A DNA stretch of 64,000 nt from Octopus vulgaris. Its lineage: Eukaryota. Each line of letters starts with the position of its first letter. The stretch's first letter is position 1. Made by a program: the position numbers and the translations under genes. This document shows positions 26,791 through 38,521 of the stretch, one piece after another. The notes beneath the pieces were generated by a model, which searched no databases, had not been told where the DNA came from, and saw only the letters and a list, made by a program, of their open reading frames with translations. The stretch lies in assembly GCA_951406725.2 (NCBI GenBank), contig OX597821.1, forward strand, positions 73,842,001-73,906,000, given 5' to 3'.

Positions 26791-27964
26791 ATACTAATAA
26801 CAACGGCATCATTAATTTCGGTTTGTTTTACTTTTATTTTGCTTTATAAATAGCAATAAAAAAACACGATAGAACATTTCATTGATAATTAAACTATAAA
26901 TGATCAAGAATTCATTAATATGAGTTTGCGCAGAGAAGAGAACAACGAGATGCAAAAAAAAAAAAGAAAAAAATTGTAAAAAAAAGAAACATGGCGGCTG
27001 CTGTTTTATGACATTTATGCAAAAATGAAACGAAAAAACTTGTGTTGTATTTTATTGAATAATGCGACAGGTTGTGGTTATTTCTTGCAGCATTCACCGG
27101 ATATTTTGGACAGGAATCTTTGTCATATATTAATAACTTCTCACTTTGACTTTAAAGCATTTAATAATCGTTTCTAAGATAATCACGAGGCAATAAATCT
27201 GTACAAGTTGTGCGTCGACAAAACAACCCTGATCAATGACTGTTACATACTTATCGACGTAAATGGAGTAAAGTTTGCAAAAAGGTTTCTTCCATACGAA
27301 TAAGTCAGAATTAACCCATTAACTGCCAAATCTTTTTATTCGTATTTTTTGGTGTCTTAGGAGTTAAAATATATATAGTATTTAAATTTTCTTCATATGT
27401 GAATCATTTTGGAAATTATGATAAATTTTTCGAAAAGTCTCAAATGGGAATCGCTGAGAAAAAGCATATTTATCATTTTCTATTCAGTTGCAATAATAAA
27501 CATTTTAGTCTTTTTGAAACTATAGTATCAAATGTGAATGTGTATGAAATATCAATGAATAATATAGATGAGAAATGCAAAAAAAAAAAAAAAAAAGTTT
27601 TCAAAGCAGTCAATATTTTTGTAGTTCAAAAATTGCGATTTATGACAAACTGTTCTCTAAAATTAGCCAGAGCTAATAATTGTTTCTACTATAGGCACAA
27701 GGCCTGAAATTTTTTGGGGAAGGGGAATAGTCTATTACATCGACCCCAGTGTTTCATTGGTATTTAAGTCAGAGTTAATAATGACAAACTTTAACATCTA
27801 AATATTGTTAAACCCAGCTCTGCAAATGCATTGAACATAAGCAATTCTCTTTAAATACAACGAACAACCGACAGTGAGACTGTTTTCAGCAGATCCCCAA
27901 ATGGGGCTCATGGCAAGTGATGGGATAAAGAGTTATAAATAAATGAATACTATTTAGTTAGATA

Positions 27965-28312
27965 TTGTGGTGCTCAATCGGGGTCCATATAAGATTCTTG
28001 GAGCTTCACACAAGAAAATTAGTAAATTAGGGATTCACTGTCGTATTTTAAGGGTTCATGAATACAAATTTTGCTTTCGATGTTCTTATTGCAAGAAACA
28101 GCTAGGTTTCTTTCTCTAACATTCTACGTAGTTCGACCCACACAAGTGAATATGTGAAAAACAAAACAGGAACTTGATATTATCAAGTGTACATATAGAA
28201 CTGTATTATCTATAAAACCAGTTTAAAAACATCAAAATGGCAAGGCGAGGGTCCACCAGGATAAAATAGTGATCAAAGGGGTCGATAAATAAAAAGTGAT
28301 TGAGAATCACTG
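27965..28312. mobile_element. hAT (Charlie-like) MITE relic
   Basis: Imperfect TIRs ttgtggtgctcaatc / gattgagaatcactg resembling CAGTGGTTCTCAA ends; no intact TSD. Confidence 0.55.
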
Positions 28313-28360
28313 TTCTTGCGTGTCTGCTTCCTTGATACCATTGACGTTAATGATAACTAT

Positions 28361-28392
<32 letters not shown>

Positions 28393-29159
28393 TGATTTTA
28401 TACTGAATCATGATCTCGCCCAACAAGTAACGTGAAATCAATGTTATTCGGATGGTCTATTTTCGTTAAACAAACAAGCTTCTCTATAGTCCTTCGACGT
28501 GTTAGAAACGACAACCAAATCTTATCCTCCCATGTGAAATAAAGGAAATATTAGACAACAAAAAGATCTATTAGTCTCACATGGAACACTTTTCAACATT
28601 GATCTGAGTTGACCTGGGGCTAAACAAAACAGTAGCAACATTTATTGAGAGCCAATTTGAGAAGGCCTCTGCACGGTCACTCGACATGCTAGAAATAATA
28701 ACTGTATTAACTGTATCTCCATCAAATTACATCGTACCTTCTATATTAGGGACATATTACACAATGTAGACACCCCCCCAAACACACAAAGCTCGCTAAT
28801 ATATCCCTTTAATGTTCTTTGAGAAAACCACTTTGGTTACGGTTGTCGTTTCTCCCAGCCATCTTTTATATTCGACCAAGCGAAACAACATTTCCTCGTC
28901 CGCTCGACATGCCTAAAACAGCAACCATATTTCGCCCAAATTATACACCGCTGCCTTCACGGACAGATTGGATAATACAGTCCTCGACATACTCAAAAGA
29001 CGGGATGGTCACGATTAGGTTGTCTTCGTTCATAGGTTTGCTCGATCAGACCTGACACTGCGCTAAACAACAAAACCAACATCAACAATGCCATTAGCAT
29101 CATTATCAACAAAAACAATAGCATCAACAACAACAAAAGCTATAACAACAGCAACAACA

Positions 29160-29620
29160 GGAGGTGCAATGGCCCCAGTGGTTAGGGTCGTAAGAACTCG
29201 GTTTCGATTCCCAGACCGGGCATTGTGAGTATTTATTGAGCAAAACACCTAAGCTCCACGGGGAGGGTGGTGAATCCCGCTGTACTCTTTCACCACAGCT
29301 TCCTCTCACGCTTTTTTCCTACTTCTGCTACAAAGCAGAGGAACCATGGTGTAACCCCCTATGGTGTGGTAAACTTTCAGACCCTAGTCTAGATTGCGAA
29401 TCCTCGTACCCCAGGATGGTTCAGCTCTCCACCCGTTAAAAGCCACCGTTTACGGAATGAGGATAACAACGTAGCTTTCACGCCCGTGCAACCGCCAGTC
29501 TATCGCGTGTGGTGGATGGATCTTCAAGTTGCCACACGCATTCCTAGTAGCTTAGAGTAGGTTCGAATTAGATTATTATTTGTGGCTAATGGCGTAAGTC
29601 CTGATTGGAAGAAGAAGAAG
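29160..29620 (+). mobile_element. SINE-C head joined to a different body ending in an RTE-like (gaa)n tail
   Basis: Head homologous to 40321/43383 until ~29330, then unrelated sequence ending ggcgtaagtcctgattggaagaagaagaag. Confidence 0.6.
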
Positions 29621-30036
29621 ACAACAACAACTACAGTTAGTCATATTTATTCCCGCTCTGCGGTCGCCACCAGGTAATGTCAGATGGAAACAGTGAACGG
29701 GGTTTCAATTTCGAGGTGACGCATCTTAATTTCACCCCTGCCGCTAATTGTAATGCGAAAGACATGGACGTCAAAATATTCGCCATACCGCTGTCCTTAA
29801 AGTGTAACTTTTTGAGCTTTGAGTTAAAAATAAACCGATATTAGTTCCGTCTTTTGCAGAAATGTTTTTAATTGATGTCCGATAAAAATTCATCATTCTG
29901 GAATTTTTTGAAGAAGAAAATAGTTTTAAAAAAAAGATTAAAAAAAATTGATGCAAATTCCGTGCTGTATCCGATGAAATAATAACAATGCTAAATAATA
30001 ATACCAATAATAATAGTAGTAATCACAACACTAATG

Positions 30037-30096
<60 letters not shown>

Positions 30097-30959
30097 TGAC
30101 AGGCCTGTGAGGCTTGCATGTCGAAACATGGCGACGATCTCAGGCAAAGCTGAACTACAGTGACACTGAACACACGCAGATATTATAAAGGTCTTCAACT
30201 GTCATTGAACTTTTCGTTCGGTCGCCTTCCGACCTCGATGTGCTGGGCTACGATAAGATGACAGTTGTCGATTAATTAGAGTAATTTATAACCGGATAAA
30301 ACCACACAACTCGTTCATATTAGGGAACACACAAAAACAATACTGCATATAAATATATATATATATATATATGGTAGCTGTGTAGAGAAATGGAGAAGAC
30401 ACGAGAAATGAAAAATAAATGATAAAATAAAAAAAAAGGAAATGACTAAGAGAAAGTGAAAGTAGAAGAATAAAACGAATAAGAGAAAAGGAAAGGAAGA
30501 CAGGAAGAGAGATATAGAAAGAAAGGGAGAGATTGAGAGGCACAAAGAGAGAAGGAGAGAGATATGAGGAGAGGGAGAGAGAGCTGCTGATGCTCTGGGC
30601 TACTGATATGACTCAAGCCTTCTGTTGGATGTTGCTGTATCAATTACAACATCAGAACCGACTTTTTCTCGTGCTAAGCGGGTTTTGTTCGATTAGAGGT
30701 CTCATCGCAAGTTGACCTTCCCCAAATGGCCGCGTCTCGGCTGCGCAGCCGCTGGAATTCCAGATGGCGCCACTTTATCGTCAACAGATGCTGGCCAGAC
30801 AGGCGTGAGTTGTTTGGGGATTTGTCTTCGAACAGATCTATCTGCCACTTCGCCACTAAATACGCATTCCTTTTGTTGGCAAACTGAGACAAGGGCTACG
30901 CGCCATAGATAAACCTGTATATCGGAAGAAGATGGAGATCAGTTAGGGCTTCCGTTGTC

Positions 30960-31260
30960 AAATCGTCATCGTCGTCGTCGTCATCATCATCACCGCCACC
31001 ACCACCAGCACTATTATCCCCACCATCACGACCACTACCATCATTATTATCAACATCACCACCACTATCATCACTATTATCACCACTACCATCATCATCA
31101 CCATCACTATTGTCACCACCACCACCAAAACAACAACTACCATCACCACCACCGCCACCACCATCATCACTATCATAACCACCACAACCACCAGCACTAC
31201 CACCACCATCGTGAATGCCATTATCGTCATTGTGAATGTCATCATTGCCATCGTCATCCT
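30960..31260. repeat. Degenerate (CAT/CAC)n trinucleotide tract
   Basis: Direct inspection; source of the His-rich and Asp/Gly-rich pseudo-ORFs. Confidence 0.9.
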
Positions 31261-31554
31261 CTTCATTACGAATAGAAGCCCCAACAGCAGCGACACCTAT
31301 AGGCGTGATAGCACCCGGACCACAGATTTTATATGAGCAAGAAATGATTATAACAACAACAACCACCACAAATAGAAGTAGTTATAATGAAATCAAGGAA
31401 AACCTACATAAGACGACGACGACAACAACAACAGCATCATGAATAGTTTTAGAAAACAAAAACATTTGATGTCCCCCCCTTCCCTTCCAACAACAAAAAC
31501 TACAATACATAACAATACTAAGAGGTACTAACACAGCAACATTAACAACATTAT

Positions 31555-31840
31555 ATGATAATGATGATGGTGGTGGTAATGATGATGGTGATGATAACGA
31601 TAATGATGGTGATGGTGGTGATGATGATAATGATGATGGTGGTGATGATAATGATGATGGTGGTGATGATAATGATGGTGGTGATGATGATGATGGTGGT
31701 GATAATGATGATGGTGGTGATAATAATGATGATGGTGATAATAATGATGATGGTGATGGTAATAATGATGATGGTGATGATGATGATGGTGATGATAATG
31801 ATGGTTGTGATGATGACTATAATGATGATGATGATGATGA
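31555..31840. repeat. Degenerate (ATG/GTG/ATA)n trinucleotide tract
   Basis: Direct inspection. Confidence 0.9.
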
Positions 31841-32455
31841 TCCTTTCTACTGCAGGCACAAGGACTGAAATTTGTAGGTAGGGAACTAGTCAATTACATC
31901 GACACCAGTGTTTCACTGGTACTTAAATTACCGACCCCGAAAAGATGAAAGGCAAAGTCGAGATCGGCAGAATTTGAATTCAGAACGTATTGCCAGATGA
32001 AATGCTGCTAAACATTTTCATCAGCGTGCTAACCATTCTGCCAGCTCGCTGCCTTAATAATAATAATCTAAGCACAAGGCCCGAAATTTTGGTGTAAGGG
32101 GCCAGCCGATGAGACCAACCCCAGTATGCAACTGGTAATTAATTTATTGACGCCGAAACGATTAAAGGCAAAGTCGAATACGGCGGAATTTGAACTCAGA
32201 ACATAGCGGCAGACGAAATATCTGTTTCTTTACGACCCACAAGAGGCTAAACACAGAGGGGACAAACAAAGACAGACAAACGGATTAAGTCGATTACATC
32301 GACTCCAGTGCGTAACTGGTACTTATTTCATCGACCCCGAAAGGACGAAAGGCAAAGTCGACCTGCCAGAATTTGAACTCAGAACGTAGCTGCAGACGAA
32401 ATACTGCTAAGCATTTCGCCCGTCGTGCTAACGTTTCTGCCAGCTCGCCGCCTTA
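31841..32455 (-). mobile_element. SINE-B cluster: one monomer plus one dimer
   Basis: Three family-B cores; dimer junction gacgaaatatctgtttctttac at ~32212-32233. Confidence 0.85.
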
Positions 32456-32469
32456 ACAACAACAACAAC

Positions 32470-32779
32470 AGACTAGAATATTGTGAAGACAAAGGACGAG
32501 AAGTCGGGAAGCACCAAGACATAGCATCAGAAGAGAAACGAATCTACAGAGCCTCAAAAGTGAGTGGTATCTCTAGTGTGGTACCTATCGTGTGGTACCT
32601 ATCGCGATTGCCGCACTTAAGAGAGCGATATTCAGGCATCAACAGCTGAAACTGCCAAACTTCACAAAAGTATTCAGTTGGCAGCAATTCTTGGAACAGG
32701 TCACGTATTGAGGAAAGTATTACGTCTCTAAGCTGCGGGATGTAACTGACATAGATAAATCAGGAGAAGTGAATAAATC

Positions 32780-32845
<66 letters not shown>
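32470..32845 (+). pseudogene. 3' end of an REL-endonuclease non-LTR element (R4/Dong-like) followed by (AAT)n
   Basis: EDKGREVGKHQDIASEEKRIY... and SIQLAAILGTGHVLRKVLRL* match the K.EKY.DL / QKA.LLGT..ILRKVL C-terminus; short 3' UTR then a long (aat)n tract. Confidence 0.7.
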
Positions 32846-33306
32846 CCTTTCTATCATAGATACAAGGCCTGAAATTTGAGGGGAAAGGACTAGTCAATTT
32901 CATCGACACCAGTGTTTCACTGGTACTTAATTTATCGACCTTCATAAAGGTTGAAAGACAAAGCGAACTCGGCGGAATTTCATCTCAGAACGTAAAGACG
33001 GGAGAAATACCAAATAATAATGATAGTGCTCAGACTGATAGGGAAACACAGGCTATCTGACCAGATCTCATTGTGTGAAAAATATTGGAAAGACTTGTCT
33101 TCTGGTCGATGTTGCAACGCCAACCGATAAAAATAGATTTCTGAGAACGTTGGAATAAACAGCAAATATTTGTTATAACAACAAAAAAAAAAAAAAAAAA
33201 CACACGACAACCTACAAGTCTACGCCTATAAGTTTACTGGACTTATGAGAAATAGCAACCAAATCACCCTCTATCTTTAAAACAAATGGAAGAAATGACA
33301 GATACT

Positions 33307-33722
33307 GCGAGTGGCTGTGTGGTAAGTAGCTTGCTAACCAACCACATGGTTCCGGGTTCAGTCCCACTGCGTGGTATCTTGGGCAAGTGTCTTCTGCTAT
33401 AGCCCCGGGCCGACCAATGCCTTGTGAGTGGATTTGGTAGACGGAAACTGAAAGAAGCCTGTCGTATATATGTATATATATATATATAAGTGTGTGTGTA
33501 TATGTTTGTGTGTCTGTGTTTGTCCCCCTAGCATTGCTTGACAACCGATGCTGGTGTGTTTATGTCCCCGTTACTTAGCGGTTCGGCAAAAGAGACCGAT
33601 AGAATACGTACTGGGCTTACAAAGAATAAGTCCCGGGGTCGATTTCTTCGACTAAAGGCGGTGCTCCAGCATGGCCGCAGTCAAATGACTGAAACAAGTA
33701 AAAGAGTAAAAGAGTAAAGAGT
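33307..33722 (+). mobile_element. SINE family A, near full length
   Basis: Near-identical to 2769-3187. Confidence 0.9.
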
Positions 33723-33814
33723 ATTATAGTTCTATATTTAAGAGATGAAGAATTATGCACATTATTTACATTATTTACATTTGACAGATATTTGTTCTCA
33801 TCTTGTTTGTTGTT

Positions 33815-33860
33815 AACACAATATTTCGGCTGATATACCCTCCAGCCTTCATCAGGTGTC
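33815..33860 (-). ncRNA. Minimal type-I hammerhead ribozyme
   Basis: GACAC-CUGAUGA-A-GGCUG-GAGGGUAUAU-CAGCC-GAAAUAUU-GUGUU: intact core, palindromic stem III AAUAUU. Confidence 0.75.
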
Positions 33861-33998
33861 TTAGGGAAATTTCGAACCTGGGTTCTCATTCCTAAGGTAT
33901 TTTTCGATATTATTTTTTTTATTATTCAAAATCTTGGCGTTAATAATAAAATCGAAAAATACCTTAGGAATGAGAACCTAGGTTCGAAATCTCCCTAA

Positions 33999-34044
33999 GA
34001 CACCTGATGAAGGTTGGAGGGTATATCAGCTGAAACGTTGTGTT
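33999..34044 (+). ncRNA. Minimal type-I hammerhead ribozyme
   Basis: GACAC-CUGAUGA-A-GGUUG-GAGGGUAUAU-CAGCU-GAAACGUU-GUGUU; stem II changes are G-U compatible. Confidence 0.7.
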
Positions 34045-34889
34045 TACAACAAACAAGATGAGGACAAATAGCCGTCAAATGTAAATAATGTAGATACATT
34101 ATGTTTGAAAAATTATTACAACATGAATGTGTCGTCATAATCAGACAGCAACGAACTGGAACAGATACTATAAAGCATCCCTTTACACGCTCCAGTAAGT
34201 TAACCAATCTATCTCAGCAATTTATCTATTTCAAAAAGAATGAAGTAAAAGTTGATCTCGGCAGGATTTGAACGAAGAGAACGGAGTGTTAGAACGACAC
34301 GTTCTATACGACGCTCTAACCGATTCCGCCAATTCAACGCAAATAAGTTAAATGATATTTTTCCGAGAATCGTATGAAAAGAAGAACAAGGGATACGGTT
34401 TCGACGTTTACCACAATGGATGTAAAGTATATTGAAATGGACAGAAACTGGAATAACGAACGCAACAACAACGACAACAGCAGCAGCAAAGACGTCATCA
34501 ACAATGGCATGTAATAAGAATTGTAACAAAATTAAAAAACAAACAAGAAGAATAAGTTGAAACTGCGGCGACAGGAGATGAGAGTAAATGTAGCAGAAAT
34601 AGAATCGATATTATCAAGTGTAAAATTTACAATAATGACAGAATGCAGAAGGTCAGAGAAATATGACCAACAGCAAAACACATCTGTTGTAGATACAATG
34701 AGAAGAAGACGTAAGAGGAGGAGGAGGAGGAGAGAGAAGCTGGACATGTAAACATCTCCATGGTACACAGAAACAGGAAGGAAACAAAAAAAAAAATAAA
34801 ACACAGTAGCAACAGTACCACGTATGTTGTAGAAATAATAAATTAACATATATTACGTACAACATACAGAAATCATAAATTAACATATT

Positions 34890-35552
34890 TATATTTTTAT
34901 TGCCACAGGGGGTTAAACATAGAGGGTAACAAACATGGACAAAGGCAAAGTCGATCTCGAGGGAATTTGAACTCAGAACGTAAAGACAGACGAAATACCT
35001 ATTTCTTTACTACCTACAAGGGGCTAAACACAGAGAGGACAAACAAGGACAGACAAACGGATTAAGTCGATTATATCAACCCCAGTGCATAACTGGTACT
35101 TATTTCATCGACCCCGAAAGGACGAAAGGCAAAGTCGACCTCGGCAGAATTTGAACTCAGAACGCGAAGGAGGAGGAAATGCCGCTTAGCAAGTTGCTTG
35201 GCGCGCTAACGATTCTGTAAGGACAGACGAAATACCCCTACGCATTTCGCCCGACGCGCTAACCATTCAGCCAGCTCGAAGCCTTATAAATATATATTGC
35301 GTATCTAACATGTAGTAGTAAGAGAGATGAATGGTTTCAAATTTTATCACAAGGCCAGCAATCTCGGGGTGGGGTAGCGGGTTAAGTTGATTACATCGAC
35401 CCCGATGTTCAACTCGTACTTATTTCATCGACCCCGAAAATATGAAAGACAAAGTCGAACACGGCGGAATTTGAACTCAGAACGCGAAGGAGGAGGAAAT
35501 GCCGCTTAGCAAGTTGCTTGGCGCGCTAACGATTCTGCCAGCTCAGCGCCTT
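34890..35552 (-). mobile_element. SINE-B multimer and adjacent monomer
   Basis: Repeated cores; junction gacgaaatacctatttctttac at ~34989-35010. Confidence 0.85.
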
Positions 35553-36976
35553 AGTAAAACGAAATGATACAAAATAACAGATTCTAATAGATCCAGTTAA
35601 ATCAGTTGCAAAACCGAAATAATACAATAAATTCAAGAGATAAAGTTAGAGATTTAAATGGCCAAAACTTTGCAAGATTTGAACTAAGGAATGGACGGAA
35701 CTTCATAATGTAAATCAATTCTGTGAGAGATCTTTTATTGTCTTGGACATACGACAGCAGCAGCAGCTATACGCGCCATTGTCTGACAATAACTTTCATA
35801 GACAACGACTTTAATATTTGTGGAATCACTGAAAAGAGAGCTTTATGGAATTGGTGGAGCGAAATGTGCCAGTGATATTCTTGTTGTCTTTGATTCTCAG
35901 TGTGCCAGGACTTCAATAAGATTGAGAATCATTGAAATTGAGGGATGGAAGTAAACACTGACTTCTGATCTAGTCGCAGAAACACCATTTAAAAAAAAAA
36001 CAGAACAACCATTTGATTATAAAACTGACAGAATCGATTCCAGTTTTTAACTGGTTTGCATTTTAGAGAGAGAAGTTACGGCCGACTACAGCAAGATTTG
36101 ATCTTTGAACGTAAAGAGCGAAGAAGAACAGGACATTCGGTTCAATGCCGCAAATTTTACTGTTCACTTTTTCTGAAGCTGGAACTACATATCAATATTG
36201 AGGCCTTACATTGTCACAAGCACACACGGGCGAGGTGAAGGAATGGGTTTCGTTGATTTAATCGACTGCCATATTTAATGGGTATATAACATCTTATCGA
36301 TGTTTGATGGACGAAAAGTAAAAGTCTACTCCAGCGAGATTCGATCGCAGGACCGAACCAAATACTTCACCATATCTCTCCTAACCCATTGCTTCTACCA
36401 TTCCAATAATCGTATTAGATCTAAATATAAAAATGTCGCAGAATGGAAATGTTGCCGTTCCAAGTGATTTCCATGTCTGATTGGCGTAATTAAAGCCGTA
36501 CATTTTATTAATGAGAGGACGACAATTGATAGAGTTAGACTTATTTTGGCGGGAAGCCATGACGTTAAAGATACTTTGAAAGAGATTATTGTCGGTGTGT
36601 TCCATCGAATGATTGATAATCAATAGATAACTAGGTATTAATTGAGTATCGCAATCGACTGAGAGAGGCTAAATGGAAAAATAATTTTAGTTTGCATTTA
36701 CATTATAAGCCTTTAATAATGATTTGGATTATTGGCCCACGGCCATAAACTTTAGAAAGGAACAACTCAGAAGACTGAAACGACCTCGGTATGTGTTTAA
36801 CAAGAACTTGGCTTAACGTAGCTGGGCGGATGAAAGGCAAAGATTATACCAGCTGAATTTGAACTCTAAACTTAGAAGGTCGGACCTAAATAATGCGAGG
36901 AATGTATTTCCACCCGAAGCCGTTTCTATGTCGCCATTGTCATTAAATATTATATTTCTAGTAATATTGTGATGTG

Positions 36977-37210
36977 TGGAGGCGCGTGGCTTAGTGGTTA
37001 GGGTGTCAGCACCATGATCGTAAGATTGTGGTTTCGATTCCTGGACCGGGTGACACGTTGTGTTCTTGAGCAAAACACTTCATTTCACATTGCTCCAGTC
37101 CATTCAGCTGGAAAAAATGAGTAACGCTGCGATGGACTGGCGTCCCGTCCAGCTGGGGAACACATGCGCCATAGAAACCGGGCCCATGAGCCTGGCTAGG
37201 CTTTAAAAGG
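36977..37210 (+). mobile_element. tRNA-derived SINE family D
   Basis: gaggcgcgtggcttagtggttagg A-box, ggtttcgattcc B-box, gttcttgagcaaaacactt core, tail ctgcgatggactggcgtcccgtccag...agaaaccggg. Confidence 0.85.
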
Positions 37211-37214
37211 GTGA

Positions 37215-37510
37215 GGGTTCCAGTTGGTCCAAGCAACGGATCAGCCTGCTCATGAAATTAACGTGCAAGTGGCTGAGCACTCTACAGACAGGTGTACCCT
37301 TAATGTAGTTCTCGGGGAGATTCAGCGTGACACAGAGTGTGACAAGGTTGGCCCTTTGTATTACAGGTACCAATACTTTGTATTGCCAGTTGAGTGGATT
37401 GGAGCAGCGTGAAATAAAGTGTGTTGCTCATTGAGACAACGTATCGCTTGGAATCGAACTCACAGCCTTCCGATCGTGAACCAGACATCCTAATCACTAA
37501 GCCACGCGTT
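37215..37510 (-). mobile_element. SINE with D-type head and C-type tail
   Basis: Reverse complement of the family-C tail (aaattaacgtgcaagtggctgagcactc) plus a D-like head (ctaatcactaagccacgcg). Confidence 0.75.
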
Positions 37511-37913
37511 TTCATATTAGAATATAGAGGAAAATGCGATTTAGTTGAAGCATCTCACCACACACACATTCAATTCCTTAAAGCACTTTTCCTCTCATCT
37601 GTCCATTCTTCAATGGTTCCAGTAACATACCAACTATTCGAGAGGGGGATGATGAACACCACCACAGCCCTATTCTCGGTGTAATGTAGTCAAATACGAG
37701 TTTACAAGAGAAAAGAATTAAAATCAGCACGCAAAGTTCATTGACCTTGGGTGAATAGAAAACAAAATTGACGTTGATGGGATTTGAACGAAGAGAGTTG
37801 AAATGTATATTGTCTTTAACCTGATGTTTGTAACGACTCTGCCAGTTCACCTTATTTCATGAGGACTTCATTTTATGGCCCCCAGAGAAAGGAGAAGTAA
37901 AGACGACAACAGT

Positions 37914-38079
37914 CGCAGGGGTGGCCGTGTGTTAAGAAGCTTGCTTTCCAACCACATGGTCCCGGGTTCAGTCCCACTGATTGAATTCGTCACCTTGTGC
38001 AAGTATTTTCTACTTTAGCCTCGGGCCAACTAAAGTTTTGTGAATGGATTTGGCTGAGGGAAACTGAAAGAAGCTCGTC

Positions 38080-38080
<1 letters not shown>
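37914..38080 (+). mobile_element. SINE family A, 5' half
   Basis: cgcaggggtggccgtgtgttaagaagcttgc...gaaactgaaagaagc. Confidence 0.8.
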
Positions 38081-38136
<56 letters not shown>

Positions 38137-38142
38137 TAATTT

Positions 38143-38321
38143 TTTCTGTTATTTGAGTGCGGCCATGGTGGAGCACCGCCTTTAGTCGAACAAATTAAGC
38201 CCAGAACTTGATCTTTGTAAGCCTAGTACTTATTCTATCGGTCTCTTTTACCGAACCGCTAGTTACGGGGGTGTAAATACACCAGCATCGGTAGTCAAGT
38301 GATGTTGGGGGGGGGACAAAT

Positions 38322-38358
<37 letters not shown>

Positions 38359-38521
38359 CGACGGGCTTCTTTCAGTTTCCGTCTACCAAATCCACTCACA
38401 AGGCTTGGTCGGCTCGAGGCTATTGTAGAAGACACTTGCCCAAGGTGCTACGCTGTGGGACTGAACCCAGAACCATGTGGTTGGTAAGCAAGCTACTTAC
38501 TACACTGCCACTCCTGCGCCT
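38143..38521 (-). mobile_element. SINE family A, near full length
   Basis: Reverse complement of 2769-3187. Confidence 0.9.

Larger units (their letters stand above)
33725..34092 (-). mobile_element. Hammerhead-bearing fold-back element, copy 2 (142-bp arms, two opposed ribozyme cores)
   Basis: Arms 33767-33908 and 33951-34092; the 3' tail (33725-33766) is only on the minus-strand copy. Confidence 0.9.

Noticed and set aside
30896-31893. His-rich and Gly/Asp-rich ORFs resembling cephalopod histidine-rich proteins
   Set aside because: Open in several frames on both strands because of trinucleotide repeats; no signal peptide, splice context or unique flanking coding sequence. The same holds for 10593-10905.
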